Shown here: piece by piece, positions 25,900 through 39,282 of the stretch
Position numbering within the stretch: position 1 is the first letter of the stretch
Layout: every line of letters begins with the position of its first letter
Assembly: GCF_006345805.1 (NCBI RefSeq)
Contig: NC_043004.1
Coordinates: 28,520,001 to 28,584,000, forward strand
DNA length: 64,000 bases
Origin: Octopus sinensis
Taxonomy: Eukaryota
Direction: 5' to 3'
Notes under the pieces: model-generated
Database searches by the model: none
The model's input: only the letters and a program-made list of their open reading frames with translations
Told to the model about the DNA's origin: nothing
Position numbers and translations under genes: made by a program

Positions 25900-26350
25900 G
25901 ATTTTCATCGCTGGACGTAAAAGCTGCCTCCAAAGCCTTCACAAACCCTCCAAGACTGCTGAGATCAATGTGATTACTGTTTTTCTTAAACTGTAAGATA
26001 AAGACTGCAAAGTTAAAACATGCGAGGAAGTTTCCAAAGGGGAGACGTTGGGATTGGTGAGTGAAAGAGAGAGATAGAGAGAATGGGGAAAAGAGTGGGT
26101 CGGCTGGGTCCGCAAAGGGTTGTGGAGGTGGTTCGAGGTCATCCACTTTTGAAGAGCATTGTGTTATTATAGAGGCGATGGAAGATGGGGAGTAAAAAAG
26201 AAGTATATCTGTAGACAAGAGGTCGGAGCTTTGGAGCGGCATCATACCATGAGCTCGAGTGGTATTTCTTTAGATGCAGTCTAAGATGCCTGTATGTGTA
26301 GGAGCAGTTACTGGTGGAATTTTAACTGAGAACAAGAAGCTACCTAAGAA
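25900..26350 (-). mobile_element. Possible decayed CR1-like LINE ORF2 fragment
   Basis: Weak resemblance to the W..A.V.PI.K..NYRPI.L region with many substitutions. Confidence 0.35.
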
Positions 26351-27009
26351 AATATTGTAAGCCATTTTATTCAATATCGACTGATTCTATTGCCATGCTC
26401 CTAATTAATATAGTATCATAAAGAAGTAAACACACACACACACACCACACACACACACACACACACATACACACACACACACACACACATACACACACAC
26501 GTGCGCATGTAAACATATACATATAATTTTTGTTGTTTATTCCACGATCGATTTTGTCTAAATTTTTAATCAATGACATTGCGGGCGTGAGAATCCCACT
26601 TTTTTTTACAGATAATTTACTTAGGAATATATTATATTTCCTTCCTTTTTATGACAGTTAGACATAATTTTAGGAACATTTACTATATGTCTAGCATGTC
26701 GAATGACTACATACAGGTTCCTTCATTGTATTGTTTGTTTTTTTCTTTAGTAAAAAGACATTCCAAAAATATTTGCAATATTTGCAACAAACTAATAATC
26801 ATTGTAACGTCTGAGGCGGTCTATAATTATTATTATTTTTATTTTTTTTTGTGAGCCGTAAAATACCAACCAAGAAATTTTGTTGGCGTCTTGTAATCAC
26901 AGAACATGAACAGAGTTGGTATAGTTTGTTTTTCTGGGGTTTTTTAAGTTGTTTTCTTTTTGCCAATTGTTAATAGTTGTAGTAATTATTTGCAAGCAAC
27001 TACTACGTC

Positions 27010-27250
27010 TTTCTTGCGTCCTGTTTCTGTCCTGCATACAGGGTACAAAACTTTAATGCCAGTTGTATATGAAAGAGTAACATAATCCTAAACAGACGAA
27101 ACTTTTAGACCGAGCGCTGTACACCTTATTATTACCTGCTCAAATTGTAAACTGTGTTGCAATAACTTTATCACCAAATGCGTCTGAGTGTCTGTAGTTT
27201 AACCCCAAAGACAAATTCATTAGAAAGATCCTTGATTTCGCACAAACATT
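27010..27250 (-). mobile_element. Decayed RTE-clade reverse transcriptase fragment
   Basis: HIQLALKFCTLYAGQKQDAR resembles RTE/BovB HLTCLLRNLYAGQEATVR. Confidence 0.5.
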
Positions 27251-27323
27251 GTTAGTCATTTAATTCTTCCAAACACAGAAACGAAGAAAGAGATATATAG
27301 GAGAGAGAGAGATAGTGAGTGAG

Positions 27324-27360
<37 letters not shown>

Positions 27361-27711
27361 TATTATTTGTATTAAAATGCATCCTAAGAATTTTCGAGAC
27401 GAAGTGGACTTATAAAGATTCCTTATAGTGTTTCCTCGGAGACACGACCTGCCTCACTTCAAATATGATATAATTGTTGTGATCCTTGTGCAATGAATAT
27501 CTGTTGGCTAAAAATATGCAAAAAGACGTCGGGTGTCTCAAAAAAAAAATACCTAAGAATGAAAAGCAACCGAGAATGGGAGAGTACATACTAGCGAAAA
27601 ATGATATTCATATGTTAATTTCGAGCAAAATCGAAACAGAGCTTTGTTACAATAAATGACAATCTTAATGCAGTTTAAATGAGAAAACAGAAGCACATAG
27701 TGAAATTTATA

Positions 27712-27852
27712 TTAGGTTGTCCCAAAAGTTCGTAAACACTTGCGAAAATTGAATTTTTACTCGCCAAGTACTAACAAAAACAACAAAAACTATTCCTCAA
27801 AATAAAGACCATTATTTTCCAAGACTTTCTACGAACTTTTGGGACAACCTTA
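27712..27852. mobile_element. 141-bp mariner-type MITE
   Basis: TIRs TTAGGTTGTCCCAAAAGTTCGTA / TACGAACTTTTGGGACAACCTTA (one mismatch); TA at 27710-11 and 27853-54. Confidence 0.92.
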
Positions 27853-29290
27853 TAAATCCTAGTAGAATTTTAGCAATACATATCAAGCGATGAATGGCAG
27901 AATTCAGTTGGATGTTTGAGGAAAAGCTTCAGAGCCAGCAAACAGCATTTTCGGTTACAACTGAATTAATTTTCATTTACCATCCCTGGATATAGTGCTT
28001 TTCGGATTTTCCAAAATGTCATTAATTTCACGGTAATTTACCAATGTGAATAAGGCCATTAAGTTTAAATACATTCTATCTGCACGCATTCAACTAATGG
28101 TTGAAGATTCCACACTAACTTCTAAGGTTGATAGCATAGCAAATAATAGTTTACTATATCGAATGTGAACATGGGTTACAATAAATATCATAACAGAACA
28201 ATCCCTGTCACAAGAAGAGGATAAAGCTCTTGCTGACAAATATAGCGGCGTGAGAAGTGAATAGTTTAAACCTGACCAAATGAGAAGGCTTTTAGTGCAT
28301 TGCATCGCTTAACTAATTAAAAAAGATGATTAGCTATCATGGTTCTGTTTCTGATCCTACATAATAAACTTACTTTAATTGATAACCGGGGGTCTCTACA
28401 CGTCCGTTTAATCTGCGAGATATAGCCGCTAAATTTCTGTTATGACATACACTTCGGTATTAATAAAAGGAAGGATATAATATATATATATATTATATCC
28501 TTTATATAATATATAATATATAATATATATACATATATTTGCTAGCTAGAAATAGTAGGTAAATTACTTTCACATCGACCAGTAAAAGGAAACTAAAATT
28601 AGATTATAGGGTCCTATATACACAAAGCATGAAAAAAATGGGGGGGACGAATGGTAACGGCGAGAAGACATTACATCACAGGTTTGCACTTTGGTACTGA
28701 GATGGAGGCAAACAGTAACAACAATGTGTTTGGTAATATAACACAAGAAATACTGCACACCGTCAGAAAGACAGAGAGAGAGAGAGAGGGAGAGAGAGAG
28801 GAGAGAGAAATAGAAATAAAGAAAGAGAGAGAGAAGAGGAATAGAAATAGAGAGAGAGGGAAGGGGGAATAGAAATAGAGAGTGAGAGAGAAGAACAGAA
28901 ATAAAGAGAGAGTGGGAACCATATAATAATTGCTTTTGTCAGTGAAGAGAAGCGCACTGAAATATAATATGTCGTCTATTCTAATACTTCCCGTCTTATG
29001 ATTGCATTTAACGTCGGTTTGGCCCTGCACTGATGGATCAGATATTACAGAGTTTCTATTTTCCAGTTTATGCCCGGATTAGCCATTGCGTCATTCTTTT
29101 TAAGAGTAAGGTTAGAAGAAGACTTAGCTGCTATTTTTGGTAAGTCAAGTAATTTCCCCACCCCCCCACCCCGTAGCGATTCCCTCATTCGTTCGTTAAT
29201 ATTATTTTGCAAATTCCATAAAGGGAAAATAGAAATGAAATTAAGAACTCAACGTTTAGTTCTATCTTACATAATTACCATTATATTGAA

Positions 29291-29565
29291 TAATAATAAT
29301 AATAATAATAAATTAAATGCGCCCTTTTAAAGCCTAGCCAGGCTCATGGGCCCAGTTTCCCGGTTTCTATTGCGTATGTGTTCCCCAGTTGGACGGGACG
29401 CCAGTCCATCACAGCGTTACTCATTTTTGCCAGGAGAGTAGACTGGAGCAACGTGAAATGAAGTGCTTTGCTCAAGAACATAACGCGTTGCTCGGTCCAG
29501 GAATCGAAACCACAATCTTAAGATCATGATGCTGACAACCTAACCACTAAGCCACGCGCCTCCAC
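29291..29565 (-). mobile_element. tRNA-headed SINE with a V-domain-like core and (TTA)n tail
   Basis: Minus strand: A-box TGGCTTAGTGG, B-box GGTTTCGATTCC, and TGTGATGGACTGGCGTCCCGTCCA (29390-29413) resembling the recalled V-SINE core. Confidence 0.75.
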
Positions 29566-30619
29566 GAGGAATTAAATGCCGGAATCTAATGTTAAAATAC
29601 GGCTTAGGATAATAGATGGATGGCAAAACAGAACATCTAGTTAATGAATCAATGAAAAATTAGATTCGACCACCTGAAGACGATTGAAAAGGACACAGAA
29701 CGAAACAATAAGTCAGAAACACACTGAAGGCGAAGAAAGCAGGCAACTCCCACAGTGATCGCTGTTCCACGTTTATGTGTACATGGATGTGTTACTAATG
29801 ATGTACAAATCGTTACTTTGATCTTTGTTAATTCCAGTGCGTAGACTGACACGCACATCGATATATATTGCGGTCAATAAATGAGACAGAAAGAGCACAT
29901 CAAGGATATGTTTGACGCCTGAGAAGTTGGAAATGAAAATCTTAATATTTCGGAAATATTTTTTTTCATTATGGCGTACAAGAGAATTATGGGGAGATAG
30001 CAAAAAAGATTGGTAATGAGTGGTAACTTTAAACAGAGCAAAAAGAACATAACAAAATTACAAAATTAAATTTATGAATGTGTGTGTGTGTCTTTGTGTC
30101 TGTCTGTGTGTGCGTGCGTGCGTACAATGTAAAAAAGAGGACAAAAAATTCTTTAACACGTCTTAAGGAATTTCCTCCCGATATATTCCTAACGACAAGG
30201 TCTGAAGGACGCACCAAGTCACAACACAGCTTCGATGCAAATCTGATGAAGTGCATCTCTAAAGTCTAAAACCGTAAATAACACGTGATCTTTTATTTAG
30301 AATTTTTGCAGAGATAGCACGGAAACAATTGTAACTTATAATTAAAGATGTTAAGGAATTTTCAGTGGTGACATAACGAACGTAAATAAATGAAAAATAC
30401 ATTATACATACCGTCATAAGCGCAAATAATGTACAGGCATTTCGCAGGTATTCATGATTTAAAATCCAAGCGCTTATTTCAACCATATGCTTACTCATAA
30501 TTTATAAATCCTCGCAGTCCATTTGATAACAATCTAAGTGGTTCACAGAGCTTTTGGGGGTCTATTTCTAGAAAACTCATCTTGTAATAATTCAACGCAC
30601 TTATTATAATTTATACACA

Positions 30620-30701
<82 letters not shown>

Positions 30702-30842
30702 ATTTTTATACACGATTTGGGACAATAAAAGCATTTGAAAGAGGGTGAACAAATCAAGATGCATTCTTTCATAATGTTGCTACCAAATAGGTGACCAGTA
30801 AAAATTAACGTATGTATATGTGTATGCATATACATATTAATG

Positions 30843-30897
<55 letters not shown>

Positions 30898-30991
30898 TGT
30901 GTCTGTGTCTGTGTCTGTGTGTCTGTGTAGAAATAATAACAAGCAGAAAACAGGCGCGATATTTGACACTTTAAATGACACGCGTTTACTT

Positions 30992-31755
30992 AAAATGCCG
31001 AAATAATTACATAACACTGGCAGAAGTATAATGCAATCGTTCACTTAGCCTCATCAGTGTCCCGCAATAAAGACAACAAGCGATGAGAATGCTCCAAATA
31101 TCTACAATTTTTCCTCGTTATGCAAATATCTATAACCTCGCTGGTGACATAAAATAACGGGACACAAAGTATTATGTCAGTGAAGTTCGAACAATACCAT
31201 CTTTCTCTCTCTTTCTCTCTCTCTCCTTTTCTATCTCTGTCTTAAAGAAGGAAGAGGCGGTGGAGGAGGAGGAGGAAGAGGAGGAGCTGCAACAGCAGCT
31301 TATAAAACCATACAAAAAAAGGGAAAAAGCTAGTTTATGACACGAGCTGACCTGCTGTCAGTTTGGTCCACGTTCTGTCCCCTTTTACAGTTTTTTTTAT
31401 GGTTTTATAAGTTTCTCTTCTCTAACACTTTTCTCTTTCTCTCCCTCTCTCTATCTCGCTTTTCCCTATTTGTCTCTTTCTCTCTCTCTCTCTTTTCTCT
31501 CTCTCTCGTTGCCCCTCTCTCTACCTTTGCCCTTCCTCTCTCTTTCTTAGGTCTTCAGAGAAGCGTGACATTATTCAGGCTACTTTGATTTCATCTTAGT
31601 CTGTGCCCCGCTGTTTTATGTGGCATACCAGGTTGTTAATTATTTGCATAACGGGGAGCTTCAAAATCGAATATCGTATTTATTATGGGGTACTGATGAG
31701 GTTGAGTACATGATTTTATGCTTCTACGATTGTTATGTAATTATTTCGTCATTTT
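30992..31755. repeat. Inverted repeat with 155-175-bp diverged arms
   Basis: 30992-31168 versus 31600-31755 share ordered blocks TTTTATG, ATTTGCATAACG, CTGATGAGG, GTTATGTAATTATTTCG.CATTTT. Confidence 0.75.
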
Positions 31756-31994
31756 GCAGAAAAAAGGCTTACGTCCACGAAAGCTTTGAATACTACACCT
31801 TTTTTATGCTTATTATTGTTATTTTTTTTTTACTTTGCTCGTATTTCAAACAGTAGTCTATTTCTAGGTTGATGCTTCCACGCCGTGCTACACTGGGAAC
31901 TGCAGTGGAGTGTGGAACCCACGACTGAACTCGATTTTTGGTTGTGTCACACTTTACTGTATCTTATGATTATATATATATATATATATATATA

Positions 31995-32406
31995 TACTCT
32001 TTACTCTTTTACTCTTTTACTTGTTTCAGTCATTTGACTGCGGCCATGCTGGAGCACCGCCTTTAGTCGAGCAAATCGACCCCGGGACTTATTCTTTTGT
32101 AAGCCCAGTACTTATTCTATCGGTCTCCTTTTGCCGAACCGCTAAGTGACGGGGACGTAAACACACCAGCATCAGTTATCAAGCAATGATAGGGGGACAA
32201 ACACAGACACACAAACATATACACACACACATATATATATATATACGACAGACTTCTTTCAGTTTCCGTCTACCAAATCCACTCACAAAGCATTGGTCGG
32301 CCCGGGGCTATAGCAGAAGACACTTGCCCAAGATGCCACGCAGTGGGGCTGAACCTGGAACCATGTGGTTGGTTAGCAAGCTACTCACCACACAGCCACT
32401 CCTGCG

Positions 32407-32410
<4 letters not shown>
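31995..32410 (-). mobile_element. Full-length family B SINE inserted in a TA array
   Basis: High similarity to 12205-12666; TA repeats on both sides. Confidence 0.93.
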
Positions 32411-32490
<80 letters not shown>

Positions 32491-32594
32491 CATACACATT
32501 CATACATATATATATATATATACACACACACACATTCACAAATATGTATGTCTATTTCATACAATTCTATATTATGTATATGGAAATGTGTGTG

Positions 32595-32626
<32 letters not shown>

Positions 32627-32888
32627 TACGTGCATGTGCGTACGTGCATGTGTGTACGCGCGCGTGTAGGTAAATACGTTTTTAACCATTCAAAAAGTAG
32701 TTTTCCCAAGTGGTCGTTGCTTTTGTGTTTGACAAAGAAGTCTAGCGAAATCGACGGCTGATTACGAATGAAAAAAAAAAAGGCTGTGAAGATGAAATAC
32801 ATTTATTCACTAATTCTCTTCTTTGTGTTGGGAATTTAAGTTCAGTTTGATGTACAGACTGGCAAAACTTTCGGATAACATTGACCCA

Positions 32889-33030
32889 TACATTATTTAC
32901 ATTATTTACAATTGATGGAAATTTCTCATTTTGTTTGTTGTTAACCCTCCAGCTTTCATCAGGTGTCTTGGGGAAATTTCGAACCTGGGTTCTCATTCCT
33001 AAGGAATTTTTTTTAATGTTGTTGTAATTC
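32889..33030 (-). mobile_element. Inverted, headless copy of the 33325-33480 body
   Basis: Reverse complement has CCTTAGGAATGAGAACCCAGGTTCGAAATTTCCCCAAGACACCTGATGAAAGCTGGAGGG and GTAAATAATGTAAATAATGTA, with an internal deletion of about 21 nt. Confidence 0.85.
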
Positions 33031-33123
<93 letters not shown>

Positions 33124-33128
33124 TATTA

Positions 33129-33196
<68 letters not shown>

Positions 33197-33199
33197 TGA

Positions 33200-33277
33200 T
33201 GCTCACGGATATATGGCGTAGTGGTTAAGAGCGCAGGCTACTAACCCCAAAATTCCGAGTTCGATTCCAGGCAATAA

Positions 33278-33312
<35 letters not shown>

Positions 33313-33505
33313 TAATAATAATAACAACATCGAAAAATACCTAAGGAATGAGAACCCAGGTTCAAAAATTTCTCCAAGATACTTAATGAAGGCTGGAGGG
33401 TATATCAGCCGAGACGTTGTGTTGACAACAAGACGATGACAAAGATCCGTCAATTGTAAATAATGTAAATAATGTACATAATTTCCCATCTCTTAAATAT
33501 AGAAC
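33200..33505 (+). mobile_element. tRNA-like head, (TAA)n, then a body with a decayed minimal hammerhead (Penelope pLTR-like)
   Basis: A-box TGGCGTAGTGG 33214-24; B-box GAGTTCGATTCC 33257-68; GATAC-TTAATGA-A-GGCTG..CAGCC-GAGA-CGTT-GTGTT at 33378-33423. Confidence 0.7.
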
Positions 33506-33762
33506 AACATTGAACCATGTTTCAAGTCCACCATATGGAGATTTATTTTCCTTTTCCACATAGCAAGTAAAAACTCGAACCAAAAGAAAAAAATTAAATT
33601 AAATAATAAGCAAGCAGACTCTAACAAAATTATAAAGCTCACTTATCTAGATAGAGAATGAGACTTTGCGTAGTTTAGAAAAATGAGATATGAAGCATCA
33701 TTACTCAGAGCACAATGTTGTTAAGGCACTCCAATCTACTTTTTGGACAAGTGCAAGAAAAC

Positions 33763-34045
33763 TGGAAGCACTCCGTCGGTTACGACGACGAGGGTTCCGG
33801 TTAATCCGAATCAACGGAACAGCCTGCTCGTGAAATTAACGTGTAAGTGGCTGAGCACTCCACAGACACGTGTACCCTTAACGTAGTTCTCGGGGATATT
33901 CAGCGTGATACAGAGAGTGACAAGGCCGGCCCTTTGAAATACAAGGTACAACAGAAACAGGAAGTAAGAGTGAGAGAAAGTTGTGTTGAAAGAATACAGC
34001 AGGGATCACCACCATCCCCTGCCAGAGCCTCGTGGAGCTTTAGGT
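33763..34045 (-). mobile_element. 5'-truncated family A SINE
   Basis: Reverse complement is highly similar to about 7170-7452 and ends in CCGACGGAGTGCTTCCA. Confidence 0.9.
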
Positions 34046-34099
34046 AAAAACAGGCTGGTATATGCGTGTCTGTGTGCGTGTTTGAGAGTGCATGGTCCA

Positions 34100-34470
34100 C
34101 GTACGTATGTATGTATGTATGTATGTATGTATGTATGTATGTATGTATGTATGGATGGATGGATGGATGGATGGATGGATGGATGGATGATGGATGAATG
34201 GATGGATGGATGGATGGATGGATGGATGGTGTATGTATGTAAGTAAGTATGGATGGTTGGATGGATGGATGGATGGATGATGGATGGGTGTGTGTATATA
34301 TGTATGTATGTATGTATGAATGTATGTATGTATGGATGGATGGATGGATGGATGGATGGATGGATGGATGGATGGATGGATGGGTGTATGTATGTATGTA
34401 TGTATGGATGGATGGATGGATGGATGGATGGATGGATGGATGGATGGATGGTGTATGTATGTATGTATGA
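34100..34470. repeat. Alternating (GTAT)n/(GGAT)n tetranucleotide array
   Basis: Direct observation. Confidence 0.97.
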
Positions 34471-34778
34471 ATGTTAATGTGCGCTATAAAATTTTAAAGC
34501 AGATTTTTACTCTAAAGTAAAATTAAAACTATTTGATACAACTCTCTCTTCATCCTTCTTTGTTAAGCACTTCATCCAAACTATTTATAAGTCCCCACTC
34601 CGCCGCTCCCTTCTCTCCTTTTCTCTCTATCTCAGTCCTTTTTAACTACATATACGTACATACACGCACGCACGCACACACATATACATACAAATTTATA
34701 TATTGTATGTTTATGTATAAATGTTTGTTGTGCATATTCATACACACACACATATGAATACACACACACACATATACA

Positions 34779-34854
<76 letters not shown>

Positions 34855-35186
34855 CACGTTGAGTCCCTACTAGTTGTAAGCCAACAAAAGACATGAGAGT
34901 GGATTTGGTGTGACAGAAACTGTAAGGGCAGCAAGCTGGCAGAAACACTAGCACGTGGGGTGAAATGCTTAGAGGTTTTTCGTCTGCTGTTACGTTCTGT
35001 CTGATCCGCCTCTGTTCTGTTTTTGTTTTTTCCAACGGATTTCCTAGTTCTTCCTGAAGAGAAAGACACAATATGGTCTCCTTATTCAATCGGAATTTGG
35101 TAAATTGTGCCTTTCGAAACACGTGTAGAATGCAATAAAACGATTTCTGTTCAATCTTCGTTCAACTCCATTTCTTCAATTCACTA

Positions 35187-35293
<107 letters not shown>

Positions 35294-36199
35294 CAATGCA
35301 CGTATTCATATATGTATGTATCTATGTATATGGATATCTGCGCCCACCCGCATTCAATATTTCTTATACAAGCACCACACTGCCATATAGCCAATACCAC
35401 TATTTTAACTTTTTTAAAGTTAGATTACACTTCATAATCTTTGGACTTTTCACGTTGCTAAATTTGTGATGATACTCCCAATATAAACATGAGATCGGAT
35501 TATTAAAATCTGTGTACACATATACAGCTGAGCTTTGAAATTCTACCGATATCGCTCCTGAGAAAAGGGAAAAATAATGCATATGGCATATTTTACATAC
35601 CTGCATCCATCGATCGATCTACCCAGCCACTGGTCCATCCATCTATCCATCCATCCATCCATCCATCCATCTATCCATCCATCCATCCATCCATCCATCT
35701 ATACATAAATACATACATACATAGTCCATCTTTTCTGACGATTGCCGTCTCTTGTGCTTCCTAGTGGTCAATATCATTTCTGACTTTCCATCCAAGACCT
35801 CTCTTTAACTGTTGACTTCTGTTGCAGGCGTGGATATTTTGAAGCACAGTGACAGACGAACGTTGTAACTTACTGCGCGTTTCCATCTGCTTAGATCTGC
35901 ACACGTCACCACTCTTCTATCGCCATAGGACTTTCAGTAGATGGAATGATAAATGAAGTTACCATAAAGTGACGTTTGTACATAATTGCATTATCGTGAT
36001 AAAGTTTGCACAACACAAATACTACTGTCTGAGTCTCGTGATTAGTATGTAGTGACAAGCCAAATGGAGATGACTAGTAATCACTTGAAACCGCAGGATT
36101 TACATCAGTGTCTCTCTCTTAGAAGAATGCTGTAAAAGATACTATAATATGTGTATCCTATGTTTTGGAAGTGAGACGAGGAAGGAAAATATTACCGTT

Positions 36200-37010
36200 A
36201 AGAAAGTCCCATCTCAAGATCTTGAATCATTCTGGTAGAAAATCTGCAACTAAACGAGAGATTTCAACCTTAATGCATCGTGGCTAAATGCAGCAAGGAG
36301 AGAATGCTGAACCAGCATCAACAGTAAAACATAAGCAACTGATCCGGAGACTTTTACTACGGCTGTAGGCAAACTGCATAACGAGAAGGCGTTTGGAAGG
36401 GACCTAATAGTTAAATACTGCTACAAAAGCCCGATATTTTACAGGAAACCCTTAATATATATATTCAGAAGCACAACGGAAGGTCAGATTGGCTTGCTAC
36501 AGCACGGAATCTTGTAGCCAAGAATGAATCCACCGAGTTGGCAGAAAACTATAGGCTCATTGATCGCCTAAACATTATGCAAAAACTTTACACAAATTAC
36601 ATCAATTAATTTCTCCAGGATCATTGTGAGTTGAATAACATAGTGACTGATGAGCAGGCTGGTGGAAACGAGGGCACGTGTGAATGTACTTTGCAACAGT
36701 AGGACTGAAAAGCATTTTACTCTATTCCCCACTCATGGCTGCCGAAGTGTTTACATCTAGCAAAAGTGTCTGCTGCCTCAATTGCTACCATTGAGTGACT
36801 CAAAAAAACCTTGGACAACAATTCTTACACTTAGAACTACGAGTAGAATGAGCGTCTCCAATGTTATGATTATTTCAAAGGAAATATTCCAAGGAGATAG
36901 TCTTTCTGAAATTCTGCTCATTTTTCTCATTAAATCCATTATCATTCCTGCTACAAAATTCAAATGCCTACTTGCTAGGCATATCAATGAAATGCATAAT
37001 TTCTTAGTGG
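36200..37010 (+). mobile_element. Decayed R4/Dong-like reverse transcriptase
   Basis: Ordered motifs ENYRLI..L.IM.KL, EQAG, WTTILTLRT, EIFQGDSLS (cf. GIFQGDSLSP). Confidence 0.75.
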
Positions 37011-37029
37011 AAAATATGTAACATACTAC

Positions 37030-37700
37030 TTCTTGCTGAGTCTTAAAATGCCGACATCAGAATTGCTGCTCATTGCTCTGTGAACACTATAAAGGCTGTA
37101 AGACGGGCCTTGGACAGCTGTGATGAACACCACGAAGTCGTAACCAGCAAGAAGGGGTACACCAAGCGTCTTGACTGCATCCGTACGCCGGACTTCATCC
37201 GACAACTGATGAGCTGAGCCTTAGGCTCAATTCAGATGGTTATGGGAAATTGCTGGAGACTGTGCTCAATCCTTGGTTAGACAGGGTTGCTGCTGGAAGT
37301 CCATGAGGTAGAAACCGTATTCGGCTCCTTGCCATACCACTGCAAATAGTCTGAAGTGGTTGTCGGAGAATTTTCCCTGATTGTAATTCCCAAGGATTGC
37401 TGCGTGTGGAACACGCTTGGAAAAGTTACCAACTAATCCGCTGGCAACACCAAGGCCGAACTGGTAGCTAAGATAAAGGAGGTGTTGGAAGATCTTTCCT
37501 GGGACAGAAGGAGGAACGTATGCGTCAGATTCCGCAGCTGTCATGAAGCCGTGGTGAAAGCATGAGGGCGGCACATTTGAATAAACTGTTAACTCTCAAC
37601 CATTAAAATAGTTTTTGATCTTTTTTAAATATATTTTTGGATGAGATGTTCTGTCTTGTTTTTCTTTTACACAAAATGTTAGATTTAGTTCGGACCCCCT
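37030..37700 (+). mobile_element. Decayed maT/DD37D-like transposase remnant
   Basis: With frameshifts: LRLNSDGYGKLLETVLNPWLDRVAAG, SAPCHTTANSLKWLSENF, NTKAELVAKIKEVLEDL, VRFRSCHEAVVKA(E)GGTFE*. Confidence 0.7.
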
Positions 37701-38377
37701 AAACACACACACACACACGCATTCCTGCTCATTATATGGACGCGGGGTGAAGTTATCGTTATGACGCCTCAGTTAAAATTCATATTCGGCACGTTTTTCT
37801 CCAAGTTATCGACTATTTTCCATCGCAGTCCAAATGTTTAGCTGAAAAAATGAGACGCTGCACTCTTTCTTCATGGATTCTTGTTGAGCATCCTTTGCTA
37901 AATATTTTTGAAATATCTCCTTACGCCCGTCGAAAACTAGGTCTTGAACTCCTCTTATTAGTAACTTAGTAGCAATCAACTCATGTTTTACGTTATTGAA
38001 TATAATCGACTTCAATCAATTTGCTTCACAAAATAACTAAATTAGATTTATTTCGAAGAAAATAAGAACCTTTATAGTAATGTAAACTTTAATTGCAATA
38101 TAGTTCCTTACTTATCCCCTAAAAAGAAAAGAAATATGCACAATCTAAGTTCTAACAGTCCCTCAAAATTATATCCCAAACTTACAACTGTTCTTACAAA
38201 CCCCTTGTGATTTACTGCTGTTTAAAAATTTAATTGCCAAAACGAAATAAAGTGGGGGAAATAGTAATTTCACAGTTCGTTAATATGTAAAGAAATCAAT
38301 TAAAACGAAATCATTGTGGAGTATAAATTTTTGTATCAATAAAAGCAAAATTATTGTAAAAACCTTTTTATATATGT

Positions 38378-38763
38378 ACTAGCAGTATCGCCCGGCGTTG
38401 CTCAGGTTTGTAAGGGAAATAACTATAAAGCATTTTTAGAGAGTGATAGCCAAAAAATAGCAAAAAAATGGAAAAAAATTATGGTAAATTTTTTTTTGAG
38501 ATTTAAAAAAGGTGGAGTTGCGTCCCCTAGACAGTTTGTGGTTCGTGTTTCTGATTCTCGGCCCCATGTCGAATTTATCGATTTTTTCAGAACTGGGGGA
38601 ACTTTTGAAAATTTTCGCTGCGTTAGTTTTGAATTATGACATTGGGCTATGTGTGTGTCAAGTTTCATCAGAATCGGTTGAAAGCCGTGGTCAGGGTGAG
38701 GGTACCAGCAAACAGACACACAGAAACACGCACAGACAAACTGCCGTTTATATAGAGAGAGAT
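38378..38763 (+). mobile_element. Non-autonomous Helitron/Helentron-like element (Lep1/HINE-like architecture)
   Basis: 5' ACTAGCAGTATCGCCCGGCGTTGCTC; 3' AAGTTTCATCAGAATCGGTTG, ACAG/ACAC microsatellite, TTTATATAGAGAGAGAT; family inferred from architecture. Confidence 0.6.
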
Positions 38764-38836
38764 AAACATACGTACATACATACATACATACATACATACA
38801 TACATACATACATACATACATACATACATACATACA

Positions 38837-38867
<31 letters not shown>

Positions 38868-39203
38868 GTATATGAGTAAAGGATAAATATATCTTTTGGT
38901 CATGAATGACCAAGGGATTGAACGTAGAAAGTTCCCCTCCGAAACACAAGTCCGGGTAGGATTGTTTGTGGAAGAACTGAAATCGGCCATGCATACCAGA
39001 CTCCACTTTCCACCGGTGTTGCCCCAAAGAAAAGGCAAAGGCCGATACAGTTTGGCACCAGTAATGTTGCAACTCATTCTACAACTGAGCAGGATAAAGC
39101 AACGTGAAACATAATTTTTTGGTCAAGAAAACATGACACTGCTTGATCCAGGGATGGAACTCACAATTTCACAATTATAACCCGACGTTCAAAATACTGA
39201 GCC

Positions 39204-39262
<59 letters not shown>

Positions 39263-39282
39263 GCACGCACACAAACACACAC

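Noticed and set aside
33205-33280. Functional tRNA gene (also considered for the heads at 7072, 4416 and 29565)
   Set aside because: A and B boxes are present, but acceptor, anticodon and T stems do not pair properly; these are SINE heads.
37200-37240. CTGATGAG followed by the TGAGCC-TTA-GGCTCA hairpin
   Set aside because: No GAAA or NUH follows; it lies within the maT transposase remnant.
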